DNA from: Vulcanimicrobiota bacterium
Lineage (GTDB): Bacteria; Vulcanimicrobiota; Vulcanimicrobiia; Vulcanimicrobiales; Vulcanimicrobiaceae
DNA: 64,000 bases
Reading direction: 5' to 3'
NCBI GenBank assembly: GCA_963714015.1
Contig: OY970223.1
Span: 992,001-1,056,000 of the forward strand
Made by a program: the position numbers and the translations under genes
Notes under the pieces: generated by a model
Seen by the model: only the letters and a program-made list of their open reading frames with translations
Databases searched by the model: none
What the model was told of the DNA's origin: nothing
Shown here: positions 28,963 through 37,542 of the stretch, in pieces
Position numbering within the stretch: the first letter of the stretch is position 1
Layout: every line of letters begins with the position of its first letter

Positions 28963-31959
28963 TCAGAGCTTACTTCCGGGCACCTTAGCCATAGCCGCTG
29001 CGGCTTGCGAACGCAGTACTGCGAAGGCCCGGCGGAACTCGGGCGTAGGAGCGCTCGGGGCGCTCTCAACTGCGCCGTAGAGCGATCCGAGCACGCCGCT
29101 GATGTACCGCAGGCTATGAAAGTCTTGCGGTAGCGCTCCGCCTTCGTCGGGCGTCCCCGCCGGAGGCGTTCCGGCGATTGCTTTCAACCCAAGCTTCACG
29201 GCGCGCGCGTGCGCCGCGTCGACGGCCGTCATCTCTTTTTGGATCTGCAGCGCAAATTCGTACTGTGCGCGCAGGTCTGCCGTGGAAGCGTGCACGCGCG
29301 GATCGTTCACGACGGTCAGCGGTTGACGGTAGTTGTGTCCGCCGGCAGTGAGCGTTACGGTGTAGTGTCCCGGCGGAACGATCGGCCCGGAATCGTCGCC
29401 CGCCTGGAAATTCCATTCCCAGCGGTGCGCACCCGCTGCGGCCGAGAGCGTCGGCGCGGGGTGAAACCAATACGCCGGAATGTCGATCCGCTTGAAGTCG
29501 ATCGTGCGCGGCTTGTCGCTGCTCGAATAACGGCGAACGGTCTTGCCGCCCGCATCGGCGATCGTCAGCACGACCGGATACGACGCCGAGCCCAAATAGT
29601 AGTCGATCATCGCGCCGTACGGAGGATTCTCGCCTTGCGGAACCTCCGGCGGTAACGGTGTGCCTTCATCGTGCAAGCCCGGGCCGAACCCCGGACCGCG
29701 CTGAAAGAGCATCGCGGCGGCTGGTTTGAAGAGCGCGGCGTTGGAGGATGCGATACGTGGAGTGAGCTGACGCAGCGGCGATGCGTTGTCGAGCACCCAA
29801 ATCGATCGCCCGTGCGTTCCGGCGATCACGTCGCCGCCGTGGAACACGATGTCGCGCACAGACGCCGCCGGGAGATTGAGTTGGATCGACTGCCAGTGCG
29901 CGCCGTCGTCGAATGAAACATAGACGCCGAGCTCCGTGCCGGCCCACAGCATTCCACGGCGCACCGGATCTTCGCGCACGACGTTCACCCATTCGTTGGG
30001 CGGTAAACCGCCGGCGATCGACGTCCAATGTTTTCCGCCGTCGTGCGTCTTGTAAATGTACGGACGATTGTCCTCGAGGCGATGACGATCGATTGCGGCG
30101 TAGGCGGTGTTCGCGTCGAAATGCGATGCGTCAATCACGCCGACCTTGCTCCAGGGCGTCAGCTGCGGTGGTGTGACGTTTTGCCAGTGCGCGCCTTCGT
30201 CCCGAGTAATCCAAATCAGTCCGTCGTCCGTTCCGGCCCAAATCTCATGAGCTCGAACGGGCGATGGTGCAATCCAATACACGACGCCTCGCCGCGGCAC
30301 GCCGTCGTTGTCGGCAGCCGTATACTGATCGAGGTTCGGCGGCACGGTATTGGCCGGGCGCGTGAGATCGGGACTTATCGTCTGCCACGTAGCGCCGCCG
30401 TCCGCGCTGCGGAAGATCTGCTGGTGACCGTAATACAGCACGTGAGGATCCGTCGCCGAAAAAGTCATGGGAAGCGTCCATGTGCTGCGCCACGCGACGT
30501 CGGGACGTGAGAACGTCGGATCGGTCGTTTGCTCCCATCCGGTAAGAATCTGTTCCTTGCTCGGACCGCCGCTGCCGAAGATGAGCCCGGGATGCAGCGG
30601 GTCGGGGGCCAGCGTTCCGCTCTCGCCTCCAACGTCGATGGGCCACCAGTCGCGCATACTAATTCCAGTGTGAATACTTCGGCTTGCAACCGTAACCGCT
30701 CCGGAGTCCTGCTGCGCTGCGTAGACCCAGTAGGGAAAACGGTTGTCGGTAGCGACGTGATAAAGCTGTGCCGTCGGCTGGTTGTACCAGGAGCTCCACG
30801 TCTTCGCGCCGTCGACGCTGATCTGTACGCCTTGGTCGGTGCCCAGAATCATGCGGTTAGGGTCCGTCGGATCGATCCACAGAACGTGATTGTCGTCGCC
30901 GCCCGGAGCGCCTTTGATCGGCGTGAACGTCTTGCCCGCATCCGTCGATCGGTACGTCGACGTGTTGTTCACGTACACTTCATCAGGGTTCTTTGGATCG
31001 GCAGCGATGCGGCCGAAGTACCAGCCGCGCGTCCAAATCCGCGAATCGCCGTCCGCATAAGTCCAGGTGGCGCCGCCGTCATCGGAACGGTACACGCCGC
31101 CCGTCTTCCCGTTGTTGGTGTCGACGATGGTGTAGACGCGGCTCGGATTGGCGGGCGAGATGCTGATGCCGATGCGGCCGACGATTCCGCCGGGAAATCC
31201 GTGCCCTGTTAGTTGCGTCCACGTCTTTCCGGCGTCCGTGGATTTGTACAATCCGCCGCCCGGACCGTTACTGGGCGGATACGTGTTCCACGGCGGCCGC
31301 CGCGTCTGCCACAGCGATGCGAAAATCACGTTCGAGTCCGCCGGATCGATCGCTACGTCGATCGCGCCGGTGTTCGGATTCTTGTAAAGCACTTTACTCC
31401 ACGTTGCACCGCCGTCGGTCGATTTGAAGACGCCGCGCTGCTCGTTCGGCCCATATTGATGGCCCAGCGCCGCAACATACACGACGTTTGAATCCTTCGG
31501 ATCGACGGCAACGTTGCCGATCTGCCTCGTATCGTCCAGCCCGATGTGCGTCCAGGTCTTCCCGGCATCGATGGATTTATACATGCCGTTGCCTTGCTGA
31601 ATATCGGAGCGCATGTCCGCCTCACCCGATCCGACGTAGATAACGTTCGGATCGCTGGGCGCCACCGAAACGGCTCCGATCGATGCGACGTGCTCGGAGT
31701 CGAAGATCGGAAACCAGGTGCGGCCCGCGTTGTGGGTTTCCCAAATGCCGCCGCCGACGGCGCCGAAGTAGAACGTGTTGGGATCGCCCGCAACACCGGT
31801 CACGGTAATTGCGCGACCGCCGCGGAATGGGCCGATCAAACGCCATTTCAGGCCGCCGAACATCCCGGAGTCGTAGGTTTGCGCGCTCGCCGGAATCGCG
31901 CGCAGCGCGCCGGGAAGCGTAAGCGAAAGCGTCAGCGTCAGTGCAATCAAACGTCGCAT
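28963..31959 (-). CDS. Secreted BNR/VPS10-repeat beta-propeller glycosyl hydrolase-like protein
   Basis: WRLIGPFRGGR start; many S.D.G.TW Asp-box repeats. Confidence 0.88.
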   Translation of the reverse strand: MRRLIALTLTLSLTLPGALRAIPASAQTYDSGMFGGLKWRLIGPFRGGRAITVTGVAGDPNTFYFGAVGGGIWETHNAGRTWFPIFDSEHVASIGAVSVAPSDPNVIYVGSGEADMRSDIQQGNGMYKSIDAGKTWTHIGLDDTRQIGNVAVDPKDSNVVYVAALGHQYGPNEQRGVFKSTDGGATWSKVLYKNPNTGAIDVAIDPADSNVIFASLWQTRRPPWNTYPPSNGPGGGLYKSTDAGKTWTQLTGHGFPGGIVGRIGISISPANPSRVYTIVDTNNGKTGGVYRSDDGGATWTYADGDSRIWTRGWYFGRIAADPKNPDEVYVNNTSTYRSTDAGKTFTPIKGAPGGDDNHVLWIDPTDPNRMILGTDQGVQISVDGAKTWSSWYNQPTAQLYHVATDNRFPYWVYAAQQDSGAVTVASRSIHTGISMRDWWPIDVGGESGTLAPDPLHPGLIFGSGGPSKEQILTGWEQTTDPTFSRPDVAWRSTWTLPMTFSATDPHVLYYGHQQIFRSADGGATWQTISPDLTRPANTVPPNLDQYTAADNDGVPRRGVVYWIAPSPVRAHEIWAGTDDGLIWITRDEGAHWQNVTPPQLTPWSKVGVIDASHFDANTAYAAIDRHRLEDNRPYIYKTHDGGKHWTSIAGGLPPNEWVNVVREDPVRRGMLWAGTELGVYVSFDDGAHWQSIQLNLPAASVRDIVFHGGDVIAGTHGRSIWVLDNASPLRQLTPRIASSNAALFKPAAAMLFQRGPGFGPGLHDEGTPLPPEVPQGENPPYGAMIDYYLGSASYPVVLTIADAGGKTVRRYSSSDKPRTIDFKRIDIPAYWFHPAPTLSAAAGAHRWEWNFQAGDDSGPIVPPGHYTVTLTAGGHNYRQPLTVVNDPRVHASTADLRAQYEFALQIQKEMTAVDAAHARAVKLGLKAIAGTPPAGTPDEGGALPQDFHSLRYISGVLGSLYGAVESAPSAPTPEFRRAFAVLRSQAAAAMAKVPGSKL

Positions 31960-31971
31960 GACGCAGGGCTT

Positions 31972-32946
31972 TTACTCCGCTACGAACACAACCTTGCTGG
32001 TTGCAGCCGCTGCGGCCGAGTAGGCTTCATTTGCGCGTGATAGCGGAAAGCGAGGACCGACCGGCGGAGGCCGGATTTGACCGGATTCGAATCCGGCGCT
32101 CATCTCGGTCAATATTCTCGCGCACTGCGCGGCCGTTAAATTGGCAGAGTTCACGCCGATCAGCGAGAGGTCGCGGCGATACAGCGACATCAAATCGAGT
32201 TGCACCTCACGGCCCCCGGCGCCGGAGATGATCGCCATGCGCCCCCCGCGGCCAAGTGCTGCTGCCAGAGCCGCGAAAATCGGCGATCCAACCGTATTGA
32301 GCGCGATCTCGCAGCCCGCTCCGCCGGTCGCTTCTTTCACGACCGCTTCGAGGTCGTTCTTGTTCGCAAACGCCACTGCGGCGGCCCTACTGCGATCGAG
32401 CCGCGGCAACTCGCTCTCATCTTTCAGCAGCGCGACCGAACGCGAACCGGCAAAATGAACGATCTGCAGCGCCGCGCTGCCGACGGCTCCTGCCGCTCCC
32501 GAGACGACGACCCAAAGGTTGCGCGTTAGTCCCGCGCGCTCGATCAGCGCATGCCAGGCGGTTACGAAGGGTACGCCCGCCGCGCCGGCTCGATCGACAT
32601 TCAGTCCTTCGGGCCGTAACGCGACAGCGTCTTGCGGTAGAACGACGAACTGCGCGTGCGTGCCGTCGCGCGTATATCCCAGTTCGCCGCCGCCTGAACC
32701 CCAAACGTCCCGTCCAAGCAAATGCGGCGGTCCCTCGACCACCCGTCCCGCGAAATCACGGCCGACGATACGCGGAAGCTCCGTGTGGTCGAAGCCGCCT
32801 TTGATGTTGAGCAAATCGCTCGGATTGATCCCCGCGGCGTCGACTTGAACGAGCACTTCGCCCGGCCCCGGTGCCGGTTTAGAGACCTCAGCGGCGCGCA
32901 GCGAACCGGGCGAATCCGTGAACTCCTTGAGGAGGACGGCCAGCAT
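31972..32946 (-). CDS. MDR-family quinone oxidoreductase / zinc-binding dehydrogenase-like protein
   Basis: GINPSD, GRDFAG, GAAGAVG. Confidence 0.88.
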   Translation of the reverse strand: MLAVLLKEFTDSPGSLRAAEVSKPAPGPGEVLVQVDAAGINPSDLLNIKGGFDHTELPRIVGRDFAGRVVEGPPHLLGRDVWGSGGGELGYTRDGTHAQFVVLPQDAVALRPEGLNVDRAGAAGVPFVTAWHALIERAGLTRNLWVVVSGAAGAVGSAALQIVHFAGSRSVALLKDESELPRLDRSRAAAVAFANKNDLEAVVKEATGGAGCEIALNTVGSPIFAALAAALGRGGRMAIISGAGGREVQLDLMSLYRRDLSLIGVNSANLTAAQCARILTEMSAGFESGQIRPPPVGPRFPLSRANEAYSAAAAATSKVVFVAE

Positions 32947-33917
32947 TACCAGCCGCCGCCACCTCCGCCGAAGTCACCGCCTCCGCCGAACCCGCCGCCC
33001 ATGTCGCCGCCGCCGAAGCCCCCGCCGCCCCAATCGCCGCCGCCGCCGCCGCTCATGCCGGCTTGGCCCGGATCGGCTTGCCAGCCGCCTGCGTCCATCG
33101 GCGCGCCGCCCGCAGCGTTCGGATCGACCACGTTGCCGTAGGCGCCGCCGCCGCCGTAGTTTTGATTTCCGAAGAGCTCGTTGCCCAGCCAAGCTCCGCC
33201 GAGTCCGCCCAAAAGTCCGCTGAAGAAGCCGCCCCCGCCGCCCCAGCCGTAACCTCCGTAGCCGGGGCCGTATCCGGGTCCCATTCCGGGTCCGGATCCT
33301 CCGCCGTAGTAGCGCGGCCCGGAAGCTGCGCGCATGAGAGATCGGATGATGAAGAAGCCGACGAGCGCCATGATAATGATCCAGAACATGCTTATATGTA
33401 CTGGGCTCGTCGCCGCAGGTTGCGTATAACCGTAACTGCTGCGGCGAGAACCGTTCTGCTGCAGCGAACCCAAATGCGATCGGTAGATGTTGAGCGCCAG
33501 GTTGACCGCCGTCGTGATCCCGCCGTCGAAGTCGCCGGCGCGGAATTGCGCTTCCATGGCACTTGCGATGGACTGCGAGGTTTGGGAGCTCCACCACCCG
33601 GCCTGCACGGCTGCGCTATCGGGAATCACGTAGTCCTTACGATCGCCCTTGTCGACGAAGATCAACACGCCGTTGATTTGCTGCTGCGCGTACGCGTTCT
33701 CCGCGGCGCCGGCCACGTCGGCGCCGGTGACGGAAGGCACCGTCTCGACGACGACCTCCTTGCCGGTTTGCGCGTTAAAATTGGACAGCCGCGAATTCAA
33801 ATCGGCGACCGTCGTGGCGCTGAACATGCCGGCCTGATCCTGCACGAAGTCTTTTGCCAGAGCCGGGCTGCCGGTTACGAGCAGTGCGAGCGCGGCTGCT
33901 GCGATAATCTGTTTCAT
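32946..33917 (-). CDS. TPM domain protein with Gly-rich tail
   Basis: VQDQAGMFS, FRAGDFDGGI, TM helix, GGGGDFGGGGGGW end. Confidence 0.85.
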   Translation of the reverse strand: MKQIIAAAALALLVTGSPALAKDFVQDQAGMFSATTVADLNSRLSNFNAQTGKEVVVETVPSVTGADVAGAAENAYAQQQINGVLIFVDKGDRKDYVIPDSAAVQAGWWSSQTSQSIASAMEAQFRAGDFDGGITTAVNLALNIYRSHLGSLQQNGSRRSSYGYTQPAATSPVHISMFWIIIMALVGFFIIRSLMRAASGPRYYGGGSGPGMGPGYGPGYGGYGWGGGGGFFSGLLGGLGGAWLGNELFGNQNYGGGGAYGNVVDPNAAGGAPMDAGGWQADPGQAGMSGGGGGDWGGGGFGGGDMGGGFGGGGDFGGGGGGW

Positions 33918-34051
33918 CGGAACGTTCCTACGGCGATGAGCGCACCGCCAACGATGCTGAAAGCGAAGATGAAAATAAAGAGCCAAATGCCCGCGCGAAG
34001 CCAAACGTCTTTGCGCTTTCTGGCAGCCTGCGTCCGGTGCTTGGTCTTCAT
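33914..34051 (-). CDS. 45-aa single-pass membrane protein (not in ORF track)
   Basis: MKTKHRTQAARKRKDVWLRAGIWLFIFIFAFSIVGGALIAVGTFR*; ATGA overlaps with rsfS stop and with TPM gene start. Confidence 0.7.
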   Translation of the reverse strand: MKTKHRTQAARKRKDVWLRAGIWLFIFIFAFSIVGGALIAVGTFR

Positions 34052-34371
34052 GAGCTCTGCGCGGCGCGTTCCGAAATGGGCGACCACAGCCGCTCCAGGT
34101 TGTAGAAAGCGCGCTGCTCCGGCGTGAATACGTGCACGACGACGTTTCCGAGATCGATGAGAATCCAGTTCCCGTCGGTATAGCCTTCGATGCGCGATAC
34201 GCGCAGGCCGGCTTGCCGGACGTGTTCCGCGATACTGTCGGCAATCGACCGGGTTTGAATCTTCGAACGCCCCGTCAGGACGACGAACTTGTCCGCAAGG
34301 ATCGTTCGTCCCGCGACGTCGATTTCGACGAAATCTTCGGCCTTTTTGTCGAGCGCGGCCGTCCGCACCAT
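34048..34371 (-). CDS. rsfS: Ribosome silencing factor
   Basis: DKKAED, WILIDLGNVVVHVF, RAFYNLERLW. Confidence 0.95.
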   Translation of the reverse strand: MVRTAALDKKAEDFVEIDVAGRTILADKFVVLTGRSKIQTRSIADSIAEHVRQAGLRVSRIEGYTDGNWILIDLGNVVVHVFTPEQRAFYNLERLWSPISERAAQSS

Positions 34372-34372
34372 C

Positions 34373-34951
34373 TCAAGAATCTCCGCCAGTGGATACCTCC
34401 CAGGTCTTCATCGCCGCCGCGGTCTGCGGCGCGATAGGCAGTTGCCTCCCCTTAAGATACTTCAGGGATGAGGCAATCGTTGCATGCATAGCAGCCGGTA
34501 AATCTCGCACCGCCAACCGCGACAGTTCCGGCCGCTCGGGAAAGTCGCGCCCGGGCTCCAGGGAATCGGCCAAGTAGACGACGCAGTCGAGCGGCGACAT
34601 GGTCCCGTCGCCAAGTGTGTGCTTTGCGATGGCCGATAGAATCTCGGCGTCGTTCACGCCGAATTCCTCACGCGCAAGAGCCGCAGAAAGCGGTGCGTGG
34701 AGAACGACCGGATGCTCCCGCTCGAAGTCGCCGAACGAGATCCGGCGCCGCTCGCATTCGCGAACGAGCCGTTCGGCCGAGTAGAGTCTTGCGAGATCGT
34801 GCAGCATACCGGCCAGGCGAGCTTTCCGCGCGTCGGCGCCATGCGCGCGCGCCAGATTCTCGGCCATGCGCGCGACGCGGACGCAATGCTCGTACCGGTG
34901 AGCTTGACCCAGATGTTCTCTAACGCGGCGGGCGATTTGCGTAAACGTCAA
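34373..34951 (-). CDS. yqeK: HD-family Ap4A hydrolase YqeK
   Basis: RYEHCVRV, LHDLA, LHAP, HT, ADSLEPGR; adjacent to rsfS. Confidence 0.9.
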   Translation of the reverse strand: MTFTQIARRVREHLGQAHRYEHCVRVARMAENLARAHGADARKARLAGMLHDLARLYSAERLVRECERRRISFGDFEREHPVVLHAPLSAALAREEFGVNDAEILSAIAKHTLGDGTMSPLDCVVYLADSLEPGRDFPERPELSRLAVRDLPAAMHATIASSLKYLKGRQLPIAPQTAAAMKTWEVSTGGDS

Positions 34952-34960
34952 CCTTGGCCG

Positions 34961-35500
34961 TTACGTGTCCAGCGAAGCTCGGAGCGCGCGAATCCGGTTT
35001 TTGTAGATTTCGCTCTTCAGGTTTCCGGCCCACATGACCAGCGCGTTCTCGTTGTTGTCGCTGTAGTACCCTTTGCGCGTCGAGACCGTCGTGAATCCGT
35101 ATTTCTTGTATAACGTCTGCGCGGCGGCGTTGCTTTCACGCACTTCTAGCGTCATCCATGAGGCTCCGCGCGTCATGGCCTGGTCCAGCAGATGCAGCAG
35201 AAGCATCTCACCGAAACGGCGTCCGCGAAACGGCGGCGCAACGGCGATGGTCGTGATGTGCGAGTCTTCTAGAATGACCCAGATCCCGCCGTATCCGACG
35301 ATTGTGTCGCCGCGTCGCGCCACGTAATAATGCGCGAGCTTGTTCTCGTGCAGTTCCTGATAAAACGCGTTCGCCGGCCACGTCGTAGAGAACGACTGCT
35401 GTTCGATCCGCAGAACGTCCTTTACGTCGCCGTCGCTCATCGGCTCGATTCGAAACGGTCCGGAGCCATCGTACGAGGCCGGCCTTGGTTCGAGTTTCAT
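34961..35500 (-). CDS. rimI: Ribosomal protein S18 alanine N-acetyltransferase
   Basis: LEVRESN, RKGYY, ENALVM. Confidence 0.92.
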   Translation of the reverse strand: MKLEPRPASYDGSGPFRIEPMSDGDVKDVLRIEQQSFSTTWPANAFYQELHENKLAHYYVARRGDTIVGYGGIWVILEDSHITTIAVAPPFRGRRFGEMLLLHLLDQAMTRGASWMTLEVRESNAAAQTLYKKYGFTTVSTRKGYYSDNNENALVMWAGNLKSEIYKNRIRALRASLDT

Positions 35501-35537
35501 TTGGAAACCCGTTTCCGCACGGCACATCCACACGGTC

Positions 35538-36215
35538 TCATTTGGGAAATTCCCCGTGGGCGCCGGGGAGATTTGGAACCTTTGCGGGAGGCAGTTCGCC
35601 GTAGTCGGCGCGGACTTCGTGAAAGCTGCGGACAGGCTCACGCCGGCCGGCTGCGACGGCGACGGCCAGCGCTGAGGGAAGAATCGACCGTTCCAGAGGC
35701 GTCACCGTCCATCCGCGTTCGGCGAGGCCCGCAAGCACGTCCTGTGTATTGCCCATGACGGCCAGGCCGCCGTCCCCCGCTCCGAGGCGATTAAGGACGT
35801 CGGCAACGTACCCGGAATCGCGCCGGTACGCGCCGCCCGACCTCAGCCGGACGGAGACCACGCCCACGCGGCCCCGAACGACGGTGAGCAGCGGCGAAGG
35901 CAGCGACTGCGTTCCCGCCTCGATCGCATCGAAGGAGTTCACGCCGGTCAAGGGGACGCGCCAGCCTTGTGCGAGCGACTTGGCGTAGCTGATAGCGATG
36001 CGGACGCCCGTGAAAGACCCCGGCCCGATGCCCACGGCGAGGCGGCCGACGTCGTCGCCGCGCACACCGGCCTCCTCCAAAATTTGCGCTACCGCTCCCA
36101 GACCTCGCTCCAGCGCCACGCTCGCGGGCAAATCGATGGTCGCGAGCGGTTCTTCATTGCAAGCGATTGCCGCGGAAAACGACCCCAGGCCGCCGTCGAT
36201 CGCGAGGACGATCAC
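35538..36215 (-). CDS. tsaB: tRNA t6A biosynthesis protein TsaB
   Basis: ILAID-like start; GPGSFTGVRI. Confidence 0.92.
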   Translation of the reverse strand: MIVLAIDGGLGSFSAAIACNEEPLATIDLPASVALERGLGAVAQILEEAGVRGDDVGRLAVGIGPGSFTGVRIAISYAKSLAQGWRVPLTGVNSFDAIEAGTQSLPSPLLTVVRGRVGVVSVRLRSGGAYRRDSGYVADVLNRLGAGDGGLAVMGNTQDVLAGLAERGWTVTPLERSILPSALAVAVAAGRREPVRSFHEVRADYGELPPAKVPNLPGAHGEFPK

Positions 36216-36622
36216 CGGCGCACCCTCACGCGCCGCGGCTCCTCGCCTTTGCCTTCGATCTCGACTTCGTAACGGACCGGCGGCAGCAATTCCGGCGCAT
36301 TTTTCCACCACTCGACAAGCACGATGGAGCGTCCGTCGAAAGCCTCTTCCAAGCCCAGCTCGTCCGCTTCGCCGGGACGTTCGACGCGGTAGAGATCCAA
36401 ATGGTCCACCGGAGGATCGCCGCCATAGCGGTGCCAGAACGTGAACGTCGGGCTGGTTACGGGATCGCTGCCCATTCGCGCGAGCACGACAGCTTTCACG
36501 AATGTAGTCTTTCCCGCGCCGAGCGGACCAGAGAGTCCGACAACGTCGCCTGCACGCAATTCGCGCGCGAATTGCGCTGCAAACTCGCGAAACTCTTCCT
36601 CGGTATAAAATGTTCGATCCAT
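36212..36622 (-). CDS. tsaE: tRNA t6A ATPase TsaE
   Basis: GPLGAGKTT, VTSPTF, HLDLYR, VEW. Confidence 0.95.
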   Translation of the reverse strand: MDRTFYTEEEFREFAAQFARELRAGDVVGLSGPLGAGKTTFVKAVVLARMGSDPVTSPTFTFWHRYGGDPPVDHLDLYRVERPGEADELGLEEAFDGRSIVLVEWWKNAPELLPPVRYEVEIEGKGEEPRRVRVRR

Positions 36623-36977
36623 GGAAACGGCGAAGCAATGCTCCCGTGGTAATAGGTCAGTCGCCGATGTTCTTGCGATTGGGGCGTCTCTCCTGACGAA
36701 CCATATACAGGAGATCGTCAAGCAGGCCGAGGCCTACCTCGAAGAACTTCGCGCCGCGGCGGCGGCCGTCCAAGAACGAATCCGGGCCGGAATGCTCCGC
36801 TTGCAGCCGCAAGAGGACGAGCCTATGCCTGATTCACAATCGGAGGCGCCGGCGCGCGAGTTGGATCCAATTTTCGCCACGCGCGAATTCGAGGTTCCGC
36901 CGGATTCGGTACCGCACTCCGAACCGGGCCGGAGCTCCGCGGGGTTAGTTAGTTTCGATGACGAGGACGATGTCTAA
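36621..36977 (+). CDS. Hypothetical protein with acidic C-terminus
   Basis: Coiled-coil then acidic tail; start uncertain. Confidence 0.5.
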   Translation: METAKQCSRGNRSVADVLAIGASLLTNHIQEIVKQAEAYLEELRAAAAAVQERIRAGMLRLQPQEDEPMPDSQSEAPARELDPIFATREFEVPPDSVPHSEPGRSSAGLVSFDDEDDV

Positions 36978-37542
36978 ATTTTCAAATAGTCGATTCAACG
37001 CTCGTCGCGCGCCGAAGGCAATCTCGCCTTTTGGCACTCCAACGTCCGTAATCGGGCCGAAGGCAATCTCGCCTTTTGGCACTCAAACGAACGTAAAGGG
37101 GCCGAAGGCAATCTCGCCTTTTGCCACTCAAACGAACGTAAAGGGGCCGAAGGCCGGGGGCCCCATGCGCTTTGCGTATGCGCGTGTGGAGCACGAACCG
37201 CGGATACTGTTAATGACCATGTCTGAATTTTCAAATAGTCGATTCAACGCTCGTCGCGCGCCGAAGGCAATCTCGCCTTTTGCCTCTCCAACGTCCGTAA
37301 TAGGGCCGAAGGTCTTTCAAAAACGCCTGTTAATGACGATGTCTAAATTTTCAAATAGTCGATTCAACGCTCTTCGCGCGCCGAAGGCAACCTCGCCTTT
37401 TTGGCACTCAAACGTCCGTAATCGGGCCGAAGGCAATCTCGCCTTTTGGCACTCAAACGAACGTAAAGGGGCCGAAGGCCGGGGGCCCCATGCGCTTTGC
37501 GTATGGGGGGCGTGGAGCGCGAAGCGCGGATACGCCTGTTAA
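36966..37542. repeat. Hierarchical tandem repeat array (A-BBB-C, A-B-c, A-BB-C) of 45-bp units upstream of gyrA
   Basis: A units at 36966, 37215, 37335; B units (GCCGAAGGCAATCTCGCCTTTTGGC...) at 37011, 37056, 37101, 37260, 37380, 37426; C units at 37146, 37305 (short), 37471. Confidence 0.95.

Noticed and set aside
36966..37542. CRISPR array
   Set aside because: The ~20-nt intervals between hairpins are near-identical rather than unique spacers, the array is hierarchical, and no cas genes are in the window
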